61,480 nt of DNA from positions 5,120 through 66,599 of the forward strand of contig CAZICD010000003.1 in the NCBI GenBank assembly GCA_964537725.1, written 5' to 3'. How positions within the stretch are numbered: the first letter of the stretch is position 1; the number at the start of each line of letters is the position of its first letter. Source of the stretch: an uncultured Spirochaetaceae bacterium. GTDB lineage: Bacteria; Spirochaetota; Spirochaetia; DSM-27196; SLST01. Made by a program: the position numbers and the translations under genes. The notes under the pieces are model-generated. The model was not told the DNA's origin. It searched no databases and worked only from the letters and a program-made list of their open reading frames with translations. Below, one piece after another: positions 30,159 to 38,651 of the stretch.

Positions 30159-32077
30159 GAGACGTCCTCCTCGCGGCGCACCTCGATCACGACGTAGTGG
30201 AGATCGACGGTGCGCTCGAAACCCGGTTCGATCGTGACCGGAAGCAGCGGCCGTTCGGTCCAGCCGATGACGATGATTCGCGGAGTGCCCGGGTCATCGA
30301 CGCGTTGGCGTCGCGCGAGATCGCCGATCAGCCGTGCCCGGTTCGCCGCGAGAGCGTCCTCGGGGACGTAGCTCTCCCACTCGATCTTCGTGAAGTCGCC
30401 TTCGGGCGAACCGTCCAGCACCTGTTCGGAGACGGAGTTCGGCGCCAGGTCGCCGAGCGCGGTGGGGAACCCGTTGACCAGCGCGACGAGGCCTTCGAGT
30501 CGTTGCTGAGACTCGTTCACGATCTCGATCTCCGCGAAGTCGGCACCCTCCTGAACACGGGACGAGAGGCCGAACGGGACGAGCTGGTAGGCGAGGTTGT
30601 TCTCGTAGCCCCAGCGACCGACCTCCATTCGCTGCGTCGTCCCCTCGATCTCGCTCACCACGCGGTGGTCCGTCCCCTCCATGGGGACGAGCAGGGGAGC
30701 TCCCTCGTAGCGCACCGCGTAGTCCGCTCGCTGACGGCTGAACAGCGCCGTCTCACGCGTCACCGCCACGTACCCGCTTCCCGCCACGAGATCGGCCCGT
30801 TCGACCGAGAGCGCGAGCGCCTCTACCGGCTGCAGGGCGACCGTGAGCGACACGTGCCCGACGACCGCGACGAGCGCCGTGAGCGCCACGATACCGGGGA
30901 TACCCACCAGTCGCCGCACGCGACCCTCACCGCGGGCGATCCATACGAGGATGCCACCGACGCCGATGAGGAAGCTCACCGCGAGTCCGAGCACGAGCAG
31001 GCGCGAAGGAAAGTCGTACAGCGGCAGCGAGAGCTGGTTGGCGAGGATCTCCGACTCGAAGACCCGGCGTCTGAGCTCCGTGGGCACCCCGTCCTGCGAT
31101 GCGCTACCGGAGAGCAGCGAGTTCCACAGCGCGACGCTCGTCAGGGGCGCGACCCTCACGAGATTGGCGTAGTCGATCGGCAGGAGTACTACGTCGCCGG
31201 ACCCCAGTTCCGTGCGCCGGAGGGTCGGGCCCGTCCCCGCGAACGTCGTGGCGACCACCTCGCGCGAGCGCTCGCCCGGGTCGAGCGGAAGCCCGGCCTC
31301 GAGGAACCCGGCCGCATCGACCGTGGTCGTCGTAATGCCGGTCGTCGCGAAGTCGCCGATCGGGGCGAGCGTCTGGGCGTCGGCGGGTCCGAAGTGAGCG
31401 CCTCCCGAGACGACGAGGCGTCCGCCGCCTGCCACCCAATCGCGGATCGCAACGACCTGGCGTTCGGTGAGCTCCTGCAGTCGGGCGTCGTGGATGACGA
31501 TCGTGTCCACCGCCTCGTACCCCTGCCACTGGTCGGGAAGGTACGTGGGAAGCGGATACACGATGTCGAGCACGCGACGGTCGCGGGTGTTGTACAGCGG
31601 CAGAAGGAAATCGAGGTTGGGTCTGCGCGCGAGGACGAGCGTCAGCTTCGCCGGTACGCTCTTGCCGAGCAACTCCTGTTCCTGCTCGTGGACGATGTCT
31701 CCCCCGTCGGTGATGCGCACGCGCAACGGATAGACGGTCGTCTCGATCGGCACGACGAACGAGAACGCCTTGCTCGAGCCGGAGATCAGCTCGACCTCTC
31801 GCGAGTAGCGGAGCGTGGGGCGTTCGGTCTCGAGGTGCGCCCCGCGGACGATCTCGATCTGCAGCTCGCCGTCGACGTCGTTACCCAGGTTCTGCACCGT
31901 GAGGTGGACGGGCGTCCAGCTGCCTGCGCGGAACACGCCGCTGAAGCCGACGACCGCGTCCACGTCGAGCGCGTACTGCGCCCACAGGGCCGTCAGGGGG
32001 AGGAGCGTCAGCGCTGTGATTATGAGCGATTTGCGCAGGTCTGCCACGATTCCTAAGGTACAACGGCTTCGGCCCAT
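30155..32077 (-). CDS. hypothetical exported/membrane protein with a GATase1-like (GldG/DUF4350-like) motif
   Basis: ORF 30155..33481 trimmed to ATG 32077 (alternative GTG 32047). Signal-like N-terminus LIITALTLLPLTALWA, motif TIVIHD...GGGRLVVSGGAHFG, and two central TM helices. Confidence 0.6.
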   Translation of the reverse strand: MGRSRCTLGIVADLRKSLIITALTLLPLTALWAQYALDVDAVVGFSGVFRAGSWTPVHLTVQNLGNDVDGELQIEIVRGAHLETERPTLRYSREVELISGSSKAFSFVVPIETTVYPLRVRITDGGDIVHEQEQELLGKSVPAKLTLVLARRPNLDFLLPLYNTRDRRVLDIVYPLPTYLPDQWQGYEAVDTIVIHDARLQELTERQVVAIRDWVAGGGRLVVSGGAHFGPADAQTLAPIGDFATTGITTTTVDAAGFLEAGLPLDPGERSREVVATTFAGTGPTLRRTELGSGDVVLLPIDYANLVRVAPLTSVALWNSLLSGSASQDGVPTELRRRVFESEILANQLSLPLYDFPSRLLVLGLAVSFLIGVGGILVWIARGEGRVRRLVGIPGIVALTALVAVVGHVSLTVALQPVEALALSVERADLVAGSGYVAVTRETALFSRQRADYAVRYEGAPLLVPMEGTDHRVVSEIEGTTQRMEVGRWGYENNLAYQLVPFGLSSRVQEGADFAEIEIVNESQQRLEGLVALVNGFPTALGDLAPNSVSEQVLDGSPEGDFTKIEWESYVPEDALAANRARLIGDLARRQRVDDPGTPRIIVIGWTERPLLPVTIEPGFERTVDLHYVVIEVRREEDVS

Positions 32078-32103
32078 CGGATACGTCGCCGTCTTCCGCT
32101 CTC

Positions 32104-32133
32104 TAGATAGTGACGCGCCGGTGCCACCGTCAA
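32104..32133 (-). promoter_or_regulatory. candidate promoter for the eight-gene operon (TTGACG-18-TATCTA)
   Basis: Read on the minus strand, in the AT-richer divergent spacer 32078..32239. Confidence 0.25.
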
Positions 32134-32180
32134 CGCCGTCGCGAGATAATTGCTTATACAAATATTCCCGCCGATTTGTG

Positions 32181-32209
32181 TTGACGGTCCGCGGGGCGAG
32201 AACCATATT
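32181..32209 (+). promoter_or_regulatory. candidate promoter for the reductase/TVP38 pair (TTGACG-17-CATATT)
   Basis: Followed by GGAGGAGG at 32229..32236 and the ATG at 32240. Confidence 0.4.
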
Positions 32210-32239
32210 TGGCGCACCGTACTGGGTGGAGGAGGTCCG

Positions 32240-33697
32240 ATGGCACGATTTTCGCATGACGTAATCATCCTCGGAGGCGGCTCCGGTGGCCTCACGACCG
32301 CCGTAGGCTGCGCGCAGCTGGGCATGAAGACCGCGCTCGTCGACAAGGAACGCCTCGGGGGCGACTGCCTGCACTACGGGTGCGTCCCGTCGAAGACGCT
32401 CATTCGCACCGCGACCATCGCGCAGCAGGCGCGCGAGGCCGAGCGCTACGGCCTTCCTCCCCTCGACCCGGGCCCGGTCGACATGGGCGCCGTGAACGCC
32501 CGGATCGCCGGGGTGATCGAGGGCATCGCGGTGCACGACTCGCCCGAACGTTTCAACAAGCTCGGCGCGGAGGTCTTTCTCGGCCACGCCGAGTTCACCT
32601 CGCCGCACGAGATTCGCCTGAACGGAAGCGAGACGCTGTCCGCGGCGAAGATCATCCTCGCGACCGGCAGCTCGCCGCGCGTCATTCCCTTCCCGGGCCT
32701 CGAGGAGGCCGGGTACATCACGAATCTCGACGCGTTCTCGCTCGATCGTCTGCCGCAGCGCCTCGTCACGATCGGCGCCGGGCCAATAGGTCTGGAGCTC
32801 AGCCAGGCGTTCGCGCGTCTGGGGTCGCGGGTGACCGTGATCGACATCGCGCCGCAGGTCCTGCCCCGCGAGGACGCCGACATGGCCGACGTGGTCGCGG
32901 CTCGTGCCGCGAGCGACGGCGTGGCGTTCCGATTGGGGGCGAAGATAGGACGCGTGGAGCGCGACGGTGCGACCCGGCGGATCGTGCTCACAAACGCCGA
33001 GGGGGTTGAAGAGACCATCGACGCCGATGAGATCCTCGTCGCGGTCGGCCGCCAGGGGAACACCTCCGGGCTCGGGCTCGAGGCGGCGGGTGTCGAGGTC
33101 GAGAAGAGCTTCGCCACGGTGAACTCGAAGCTGCAGACGAGCCAGAAACACATCCTCGGGGTCGGTGACGTGAACGGGCGCTTCCTCTTCACGCACGTCG
33201 CGGGGGCCGAGGGCAGCCTCGCGGTGCGCCGCGTCGCGCTGCACGCCGGCGGCAGCATGGACTACCGCACGGTGCCGTGGGTGACCTACACCGAGCCGGA
33301 GCTCGCCTCGGTGGGCTACAACGAGGCGCGTGCGAAGGAGGCCGGGATCGACTACCACGCGGTCGTCGAGTCGTACGAGTCGAACGACCGCGCCCGAGCC
33401 GAAGGCGAGACCGAGGGGCGGATCAAGATCCTCCTCGACCGCAAGGACCGCGTGATCGGGACGCAGATCGTGGGGCTGCACGCAGGCGAGCTCCTCGCGC
33501 CTTCGCTCTACGCGGTGGCCTCCGGGTGGAAGGCGCGTCAGTTAATGGGCGTCACCTATCCGTACCCGACGCTCTCGGAGCTGCATCGCAAGGCGGTCTC
33601 CGGGTACATGGCTCCGAGGCTCTTCAACGATCGCATCCGGGGACTGCTCCGCTTCGTCTTCCGCTACCGCGGCGACGGCGGCGAGGGATACGAGTAG
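32240..33697 (+). CDS. pyridine nucleotide-disulfide oxidoreductase (MerA/Lpd-like flavoprotein disulfide reductase)
   Basis: FAD motif GGGSGGLT and redox-active GGDCLHYGCVPSK. The C-terminal dimer-interface motif reads YPYPTLSE. Confidence 0.85.
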   Translation: MARFSHDVIILGGGSGGLTTAVGCAQLGMKTALVDKERLGGDCLHYGCVPSKTLIRTATIAQQAREAERYGLPPLDPGPVDMGAVNARIAGVIEGIAVHDSPERFNKLGAEVFLGHAEFTSPHEIRLNGSETLSAAKIILATGSSPRVIPFPGLEEAGYITNLDAFSLDRLPQRLVTIGAGPIGLELSQAFARLGSRVTVIDIAPQVLPREDADMADVVAARAASDGVAFRLGAKIGRVERDGATRRIVLTNAEGVEETIDADEILVAVGRQGNTSGLGLEAAGVEVEKSFATVNSKLQTSQKHILGVGDVNGRFLFTHVAGAEGSLAVRRVALHAGGSMDYRTVPWVTYTEPELASVGYNEARAKEAGIDYHAVVESYESNDRARAEGETEGRIKILLDRKDRVIGTQIVGLHAGELLAPSLYAVASGWKARQLMGVTYPYPTLSELHRKAVSGYMAPRLFNDRIRGLLRFVFRYRGDGGEGYE

Positions 33698-33705
33698 GGG
33701 GAACT

Positions 33706-34422
33706 ATGGCGAAACGCACCGCAACCATCAGGCTGGTCGTCCTCATCGTGCTCGTGGCCGCGCTGATCACGGCGACGATCGTCTTCGACGTGAACACGTA
33801 TCTGCGCGACGTGCTCGAATGGGTCCGCGACCGCGGCGCAGCCGGCGTGCTCATCTTCGGCGCGGTCTACATCACCGCTACGGTCTTCTTCGTACCCGGC
33901 TCCATCCTGACGCTCGGCGCGGGGTTCATCTACGGCGTCGTGTGGGGGTCGATCTACGTCTCGGTCGCCTCGACGCTGGGCGCGACCGCGGCGTTCATCG
34001 TGGGCCGCTACTTCGCCCGCGACTGGATCGCCGCGAAGGTCGCCGGCAACAAGCGGTTCGCCGCGATCGACGACGCGGTCGGCGACGAGGGCTGGAAGAT
34101 CGTCGGACTCACGAGGCTGAGCCCCATCTTTCCGTTCAACCTGCTGAACTACGCCTACGGTCTGACCAAGGTGCCGCTCCGCGACTACTTCTTCGCGAGC
34201 TGGATCGGGATGATGCCGGGCACCGTGATGTACGTCTACATCGGATCGCTCGCCGGCGACCTCGCCACGCTCGGCGCGGGCGAGCGCGCGCGCACCACCG
34301 GCGAGTGGGTCCTCTACGGCGTGGGACTCCTCGCGACGGTGGCGGTGACGATCTTCGTGACGCGGCTCGCACGGCGGGCGCTGCAGCGCAGGATCGACGT
34401 CGAGCCGACCCCCTCGTCCTGA
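33706..34422 (+). CDS. TVP38/TMEM64 (DedA-superfamily) membrane protein
   Basis: Motifs FFVPGSILTLGAGFIYG and RLSPIFPFNLLNYAYG. Confidence 0.85.
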   Translation: MAKRTATIRLVVLIVLVAALITATIVFDVNTYLRDVLEWVRDRGAAGVLIFGAVYITATVFFVPGSILTLGAGFIYGVVWGSIYVSVASTLGATAAFIVGRYFARDWIAAKVAGNKRFAAIDDAVGDEGWKIVGLTRLSPIFPFNLLNYAYGLTKVPLRDYFFASWIGMMPGTVMYVYIGSLAGDLATLGAGERARTTGEWVLYGVGLLATVAVTIFVTRLARRALQRRIDVEPTPSS

Positions 34423-34439
34423 CGTCTTCCGGCCTCCGC

Positions 34440-35135
34440 TCAGGCGAGCAGCCGCGCGATCGCCCCTCTCACGAGCCGGGCGATCGCGCGCTCGCCGAGT
34501 TCCTCGTACTCCCGCGGCTCGATCGGCCTGCCGAAGGCCACCGTGACCACGCCCGGACTGACGCGCAGCGAGTGCACACACTTGCGCTCGTAGAGTCCAC
34601 GCAGGGCGATCGGTACGATCGGTGCGCGCGTGCGTCGGGCCAGGTAGAACGGGCCGCGCATGAACCGGCCCAGCCTGCCGTCCCGCGTCCGGTGACCCTC
34701 CGGCAGGATGACCAGCGGCGTGCCGGCGCGCACGACCGCTGCCGCCCGGTCGAGGCTTTCCACGGCGCTGCGCGTGTTGCGGTGACTGATGGGGATGTTC
34801 CCCATCATGCGTGCGATCGATCCCCAGATCGGCCAGTCGAAGTGGTCCTCCAGCTCCACTCCGCGCGTTCCCTTCGGCAGCGAGAGGTAGAGGACGAGCG
34901 GGTCGAAGATGCTCACGTGGTTCGCGACGTAGATGCCCGCTTCGCCGGGCCGGCGGGGACCGGCGCATCGCACGCGAATCCCGAAGGCGAGGAGGCAGAC
35001 GCGGGTCAGCCCGCGGAGCACCCGGTCGAGGCGCGCCCGCCTTCCCAGCACGTAGTCGACTGCGACGATCAGAAGCGCCGTCGCCAGCAGCGGCAGCGCC
35101 AGGGTGTATCCGGTGAGCGTCGCAAGCAGGGTCAT
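34440..35135 (-). CDS. lysophospholipid (1-acyl-sn-glycerol-3-phosphate) acyltransferase
   Basis: HX4D motif NHVSIFD and the ILPEGHRT block. Confidence 0.85.
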   Translation of the reverse strand: MTLLATLTGYTLALPLLATALLIVAVDYVLGRRARLDRVLRGLTRVCLLAFGIRVRCAGPRRPGEAGIYVANHVSIFDPLVLYLSLPKGTRGVELEDHFDWPIWGSIARMMGNIPISHRNTRSAVESLDRAAAVVRAGTPLVILPEGHRTRDGRLGRFMRGPFYLARRTRAPIVPIALRGLYERKCVHSLRVSPGVVTVAFGRPIEPREYEELGERAIARLVRGAIARLLA

Positions 35136-36022
35136 CGGCAGAACATCTCCAGCGCGCGCTCACGCACCGATGCCTCCAGTGGGGTCGAACCCAGGAACTC
35201 TCCGTCGGGTGTGAGCGCCATCGGTCGTGCCGAGGTGAGCCGTATCGAGCGGCCGCGGAAGACCTCGACCAGCGGCGAGTCGACGTGGCGCCCGGCGAAG
35301 ATGGAAGGCAGCAGCGCGAGTACGGTCCGTCGGTTCATGCGCGAGGCGACGACGACGTCCAGCAGGCCGTCGTCGATGAGCGCGCCCGGCGCCATCATCA
35401 TGCTGCCGCCCGTGTAGCGCGAGTTGCAGATCTCCACGAAGAGCGCCTCCCGCTCGATTACCGCACCGTCGATCTCGAGTACCACGGGGGTGCTGCGCAG
35501 GCGCACGACCTCTTCGACTACCGCGAAGACGTAGCTCATCGAGCCGAACGCCTTGTACCGGCGCGCGCGATGAGCGACGTTCGAGACGAATCCGGCGCCG
35601 AGCAGGTTTGCGAAGTAGAAATCGCCGGCGTCGGCCGCGAAGCGCCCCACGTCGACGGCGCGGGTCGTTCCGGCGAGCACCGGTGCGACCGCGTCTTCGA
35701 CGCTCGAGATGCCCAGATCTCGAACGAACGAGTTCCCGGTGCCGACCGGGATGAGCCCCAGTGGCACCGGGACCGAATCCCGGTGCTCGAGGAGGCCGTT
35801 GACCACCTCGAAGAGCGTCCCGTCGCCGCCCACGGCGAGGATTGCGTCGTAGGCGAGCGGGTCGAGCGCGGCGGCGATCGCGCGCGTGCCGCCGGGGGCG
35901 GGCGAGACGAGCTCCTCGCATTCGACGCCGCCGCGCCCGAGCAGACCGGCGACCGCCCGGGCGGCCGCGAGCCCGGTCTTCCTGCCGGCGTTCGGGTTGA
36001 CGATCAGACAGACGCTCTTCAT
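35132..36022 (-). CDS. diacylglycerol-kinase-family lipid kinase (YegS/BmrU type)
   Basis: ORF trimmed to ATG 36022, which forms an ATGA overlap with the MFS stop. Motif AVGGDGTLFEVVNGL. Confidence 0.85.
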   Translation of the reverse strand: MKSVCLIVNPNAGRKTGLAAARAVAGLLGRGGVECEELVSPAPGGTRAIAAALDPLAYDAILAVGGDGTLFEVVNGLLEHRDSVPVPLGLIPVGTGNSFVRDLGISSVEDAVAPVLAGTTRAVDVGRFAADAGDFYFANLLGAGFVSNVAHRARRYKAFGSMSYVFAVVEEVVRLRSTPVVLEIDGAVIEREALFVEICNSRYTGGSMMMAPGALIDDGLLDVVVASRMNRRTVLALLPSIFAGRHVDSPLVEVFRGRSIRLTSARPMALTPDGEFLGSTPLEASVRERALEMFCR

Positions 36023-37206
36023 CGCTGCATCGTGGCCGGTTGGCGCAGGACGATCAAGGTCATTCCGGCGGCGCCTGCGACGGCGAGGACCGCGGCTGCC
36101 CGGTAGACCCAGACCAGCGAGAACGCCTCGATCGCGATACCCCCGACCCAGCTGCCGACGATGCTCCCCAGGCCGAAGAAGACCGACGGCGCGATCGCCT
36201 GGAAGAGCGAGCGGTGCGCGGCCGGGGCGATGAGGTCGATGTAGTCCACCGTGGCGGCGAGGAAGAGGCCGAAGGTCAGCCCGTGCGAGAGCTGCAGGAG
36301 CAGGAGGGCCGGCGCGGAGCCGAGCAGCGAGTAGCCGAACATCCGCACCGCCATGAGAAGCAGGAGCCCGGCGATCAGGCCGGGGCCGCGCAGGCGGCGC
36401 AGCAGGACCCCGGAGAGAAAGAGAAACGGCACCTCGCTGACCGCGGCGATCGAGTGCGCGAAGCCTACGTCCGTGAGGGAGCCTCCTACCGATTCGAGCA
36501 GCAGCGGCAGGAAGGTCATCGCCGCGCGGAAGCCGACGAAGGTGAGAAACGTCGAGCCGAGGAGGACCAGGTAGTCGCGGTTGGCGACGACCGCCCGCAT
36601 GCCCTCGACGAAGTGCCGTTCGCGCCCGGCCGACCGCAGCGCTCCGCGGCGCGGCATGAGGAGCGCCAGCGCGCCCACTGCGATCGCGACGGCGACGTAG
36701 ACCCGGAAGACGATCGGGATGCCGAACCGCTCGGCGACCGCGCCCAGGACGAGCGCGGCGGCGGCGAAGCCCAGCGAGCCGAAGCCCCGTGCGATCCCGT
36801 AGCTGAGCCCGGGTTCGATACGCCGGCGCGCCATGATCCACGCGTCGAGCACGGCCGGCAGCGAGTTCGCGGTGAGCGAGTAGACCAGCGCGATCGCGAC
36901 CACGAGCCCGTAGACGCCGGCCGCGGCGGGGAGCGCGAGCGCCGCCAGCGCCGCCACCGCCATCGCGCCGACGACGAGCCAGCGGGGCGAGCTCAGTCGG
37001 TCGCTCAGCGATCCGACCGCCGGCTGCCCCAGGATCGCGAACCCGAAGATCGCCGACATCACGAATCCGGTCTGGCTGGGCGAGTAGCCGCGGGCGGTGA
37101 GGAAGGGCACCATGAACGCCTCGAAGCAGACGATGGACGCCCAGAAGAAGAACTGGATGGCTGCGAACCGGGCGGTTTCGACGCGACCCGCGTTGGTCGT
37201 GGGCAT
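36019..37206 (-). CDS. MFS transporter (LacY/HcaT-like)
   Basis: About 12 TM helices. N-terminus reads FFFWASIVCFEAFMVPFLTARGYS...GSLSDRL. Confidence 0.8.
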   Translation of the reverse strand: MPTTNAGRVETARFAAIQFFFWASIVCFEAFMVPFLTARGYSPSQTGFVMSAIFGFAILGQPAVGSLSDRLSSPRWLVVGAMAVAALAALALPAAAGVYGLVVAIALVYSLTANSLPAVLDAWIMARRRIEPGLSYGIARGFGSLGFAAAALVLGAVAERFGIPIVFRVYVAVAIAVGALALLMPRRGALRSAGRERHFVEGMRAVVANRDYLVLLGSTFLTFVGFRAAMTFLPLLLESVGGSLTDVGFAHSIAAVSEVPFLFLSGVLLRRLRGPGLIAGLLLLMAVRMFGYSLLGSAPALLLLQLSHGLTFGLFLAATVDYIDLIAPAAHRSLFQAIAPSVFFGLGSIVGSWVGGIAIEAFSLVWVYRAAAVLAVAGAAGMTLIVLRQPATMQR

Positions 37207-37218
37207 CGCGCGGGTTCG

Positions 37219-37965
37219 CTATCCGACGAGACGCCGCGTGAACTCGACGTCGCGCCGGACCTCGTCGACGGTGGCCTCGGTCAGGTCGACCTCGATGATG
37301 AAGGTATCCACGCCGGTGTCGAGTGCCGTCCGGATCGCGTCAGCCGGCCTGCAGGTTCCCTCGCCGAGGCGGGTGGGTCCGTCCTCGTTCGTATCGTTGA
37401 CGTGGAGCGAGCACACGCGCCCCTCGTACTTCCTGATCCAGTCGGGGAGCGAGATGCCGCGTTCGGGGCGGAACTGACCGATGTGGAACTGCGCCTGCAG
37501 CTCGGGCATCGCGTCCAGCAGGTGCTCCATGATGTACTTCTCGCCGGCCTGCTCGAGCTCCATGTGGTGGTTGTGATAGCCCAGCGACAGCCCATCGGCC
37601 TCCAGTCGCTGTGCCATCTCCCGGAACTTCGGCAGGAGCGCGAGCCACTCGTCCAGGCTGTCGGCCTTCGCGAAGGGAATGACCCACGTCTTCGACCCGT
37701 AGTCGAGCAGGAAGTCGCGCCACTGCTCGTAGCTCGCGTCGTACTCGGCGACGGTCATATGGCCGCAGGTGAGCGAGAGCCCCGCGCGCTCGATGGTCGA
37801 GCGCAGCGACTCGATCGACATGCCGGAGTCCGGGTCGGCCGGGACCGCGCCGCACCACGGCTCGATCGTGTCGATCCCCAGCTCCTTCACCGCGTCGAAC
37901 GCGGCGTCCCACCCGCCTTCGAATCGGCGCAGGCTGTAGAGTTGATACGCGAGTGTGTTCGCCAC
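37219..37965 (-). CDS. sugar phosphate isomerase/epimerase (xylose-isomerase-like TIM barrel)
   Basis: GTG 37965 has GAGGAGG 5 nt upstream. Motif GYHNHHMELE. Confidence 0.8.
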   Translation of the reverse strand: MANTLAYQLYSLRRFEGGWDAAFDAVKELGIDTIEPWCGAVPADPDSGMSIESLRSTIERAGLSLTCGHMTVAEYDASYEQWRDFLLDYGSKTWVIPFAKADSLDEWLALLPKFREMAQRLEADGLSLGYHNHHMELEQAGEKYIMEHLLDAMPELQAQFHIGQFRPERGISLPDWIRKYEGRVCSLHVNDTNEDGPTRLGEGTCRPADAIRTALDTGVDTFIIEVDLTEATVDEVRRDVEFTRRLVG

Positions 37966-38035
37966 AGGGTCCTCCTCTTCAAGCGCGCCCGTCCCGGACG
38001 CGCGGACGAGCATAGCACGAAGTCGCGCCGGCGGC

Positions 38036-38599
38036 CTACGCGAACGCCCAGACGTAGTCGAGCCCGTTCTGCATCGTCATCAGCCCCACCTGGCCCGAGT
38101 GATAGAGCCAGCTCGTGGTGACGTGCATGATGACCTGCCCCACGGTCTTCGGGCCGCTGCCGCCGGCGAGCGTCGTACCGATCGGCTGATCGAGGCTTTC
38201 GACCGGCGCAAGCGTCGGGATCAGGAGATCCTCGCGCGTCCGGCGGCACAGCTCGACGAGCTCGCCGACCGGCATGCTCCACTGATCGGGCTCGTAGAGG
38301 TGGTCGAGCTTCCCTCGCTCGATCACCGCGACCGTCTCGGCGGGCAGCCGGTACTCACCGATCTTCGCGAGCCAGACGAGCTCCGCCCAGTTCATGTGGA
38401 CGACGAGATCGCCCGCGGAGAACGGCGAGCCACCCACCCGCGTCCACATCGCCTCGTGCGTCATGTCGGCGATCAGGTCGATGCACCGCTCCCGCGCCTC
38501 GTCGAGCACGGCGGCCGCGTACGCGACGCCGTCGTCGGAGAAGCCTTCGAGCGGTGAGAGGTCGTAACGGCGGCCTCGTCGATTGGTGAGCTTCTGCAT
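38036..38599 (-). CDS. DinB-family protein
   Basis: ATG 38599 has GAGGGGG upstream. His pattern VVHMNW...IMHVTTSWLYHSGQ. Confidence 0.65.
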   Translation of the reverse strand: MQKLTNRRGRRYDLSPLEGFSDDGVAYAAAVLDEARERCIDLIADMTHEAMWTRVGGSPFSAGDLVVHMNWAELVWLAKIGEYRLPAETVAVIERGKLDHLYEPDQWSMPVGELVELCRRTREDLLIPTLAPVESLDQPIGTTLAGGSGPKTVGQVIMHVTTSWLYHSGQVGLMTMQNGLDYVWAFA

Positions 38600-38651
38600 G
38601 GTGCCCCCTCGTCGACAGCGTAGCACGGGATCGGGTGCGCGCGAACCGTGC

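Noticed and set aside
30155-33481. 1108-aa ORF suggesting a giant first gene of the operon
   Set aside because: The upstream 468 codons are the antisense shadow of the plus-strand reductase (32240..33697). They cross an AT-rich promoter spacer. The ATG at 32077 precedes a signal-peptide-like segment.
32240-33697. Calling the reductase mercuric reductase (merA) or lipoamide dehydrogenase (lpd)
   Set aside because: There is no C-terminal Cys-Cys, no NmerA domain and no mer operon genes, which rules against MerA. The His of the His-Glu dyad is Tyr and no 2-oxoacid dehydrogenase partner genes are present, which rules against Lpd.
36040-38121. 693-aa plus-strand ORF
   Set aside because: D/E/R/G-rich and antisense to an MFS transporter with regular TM periodicity and to a TIM-barrel isomerase.
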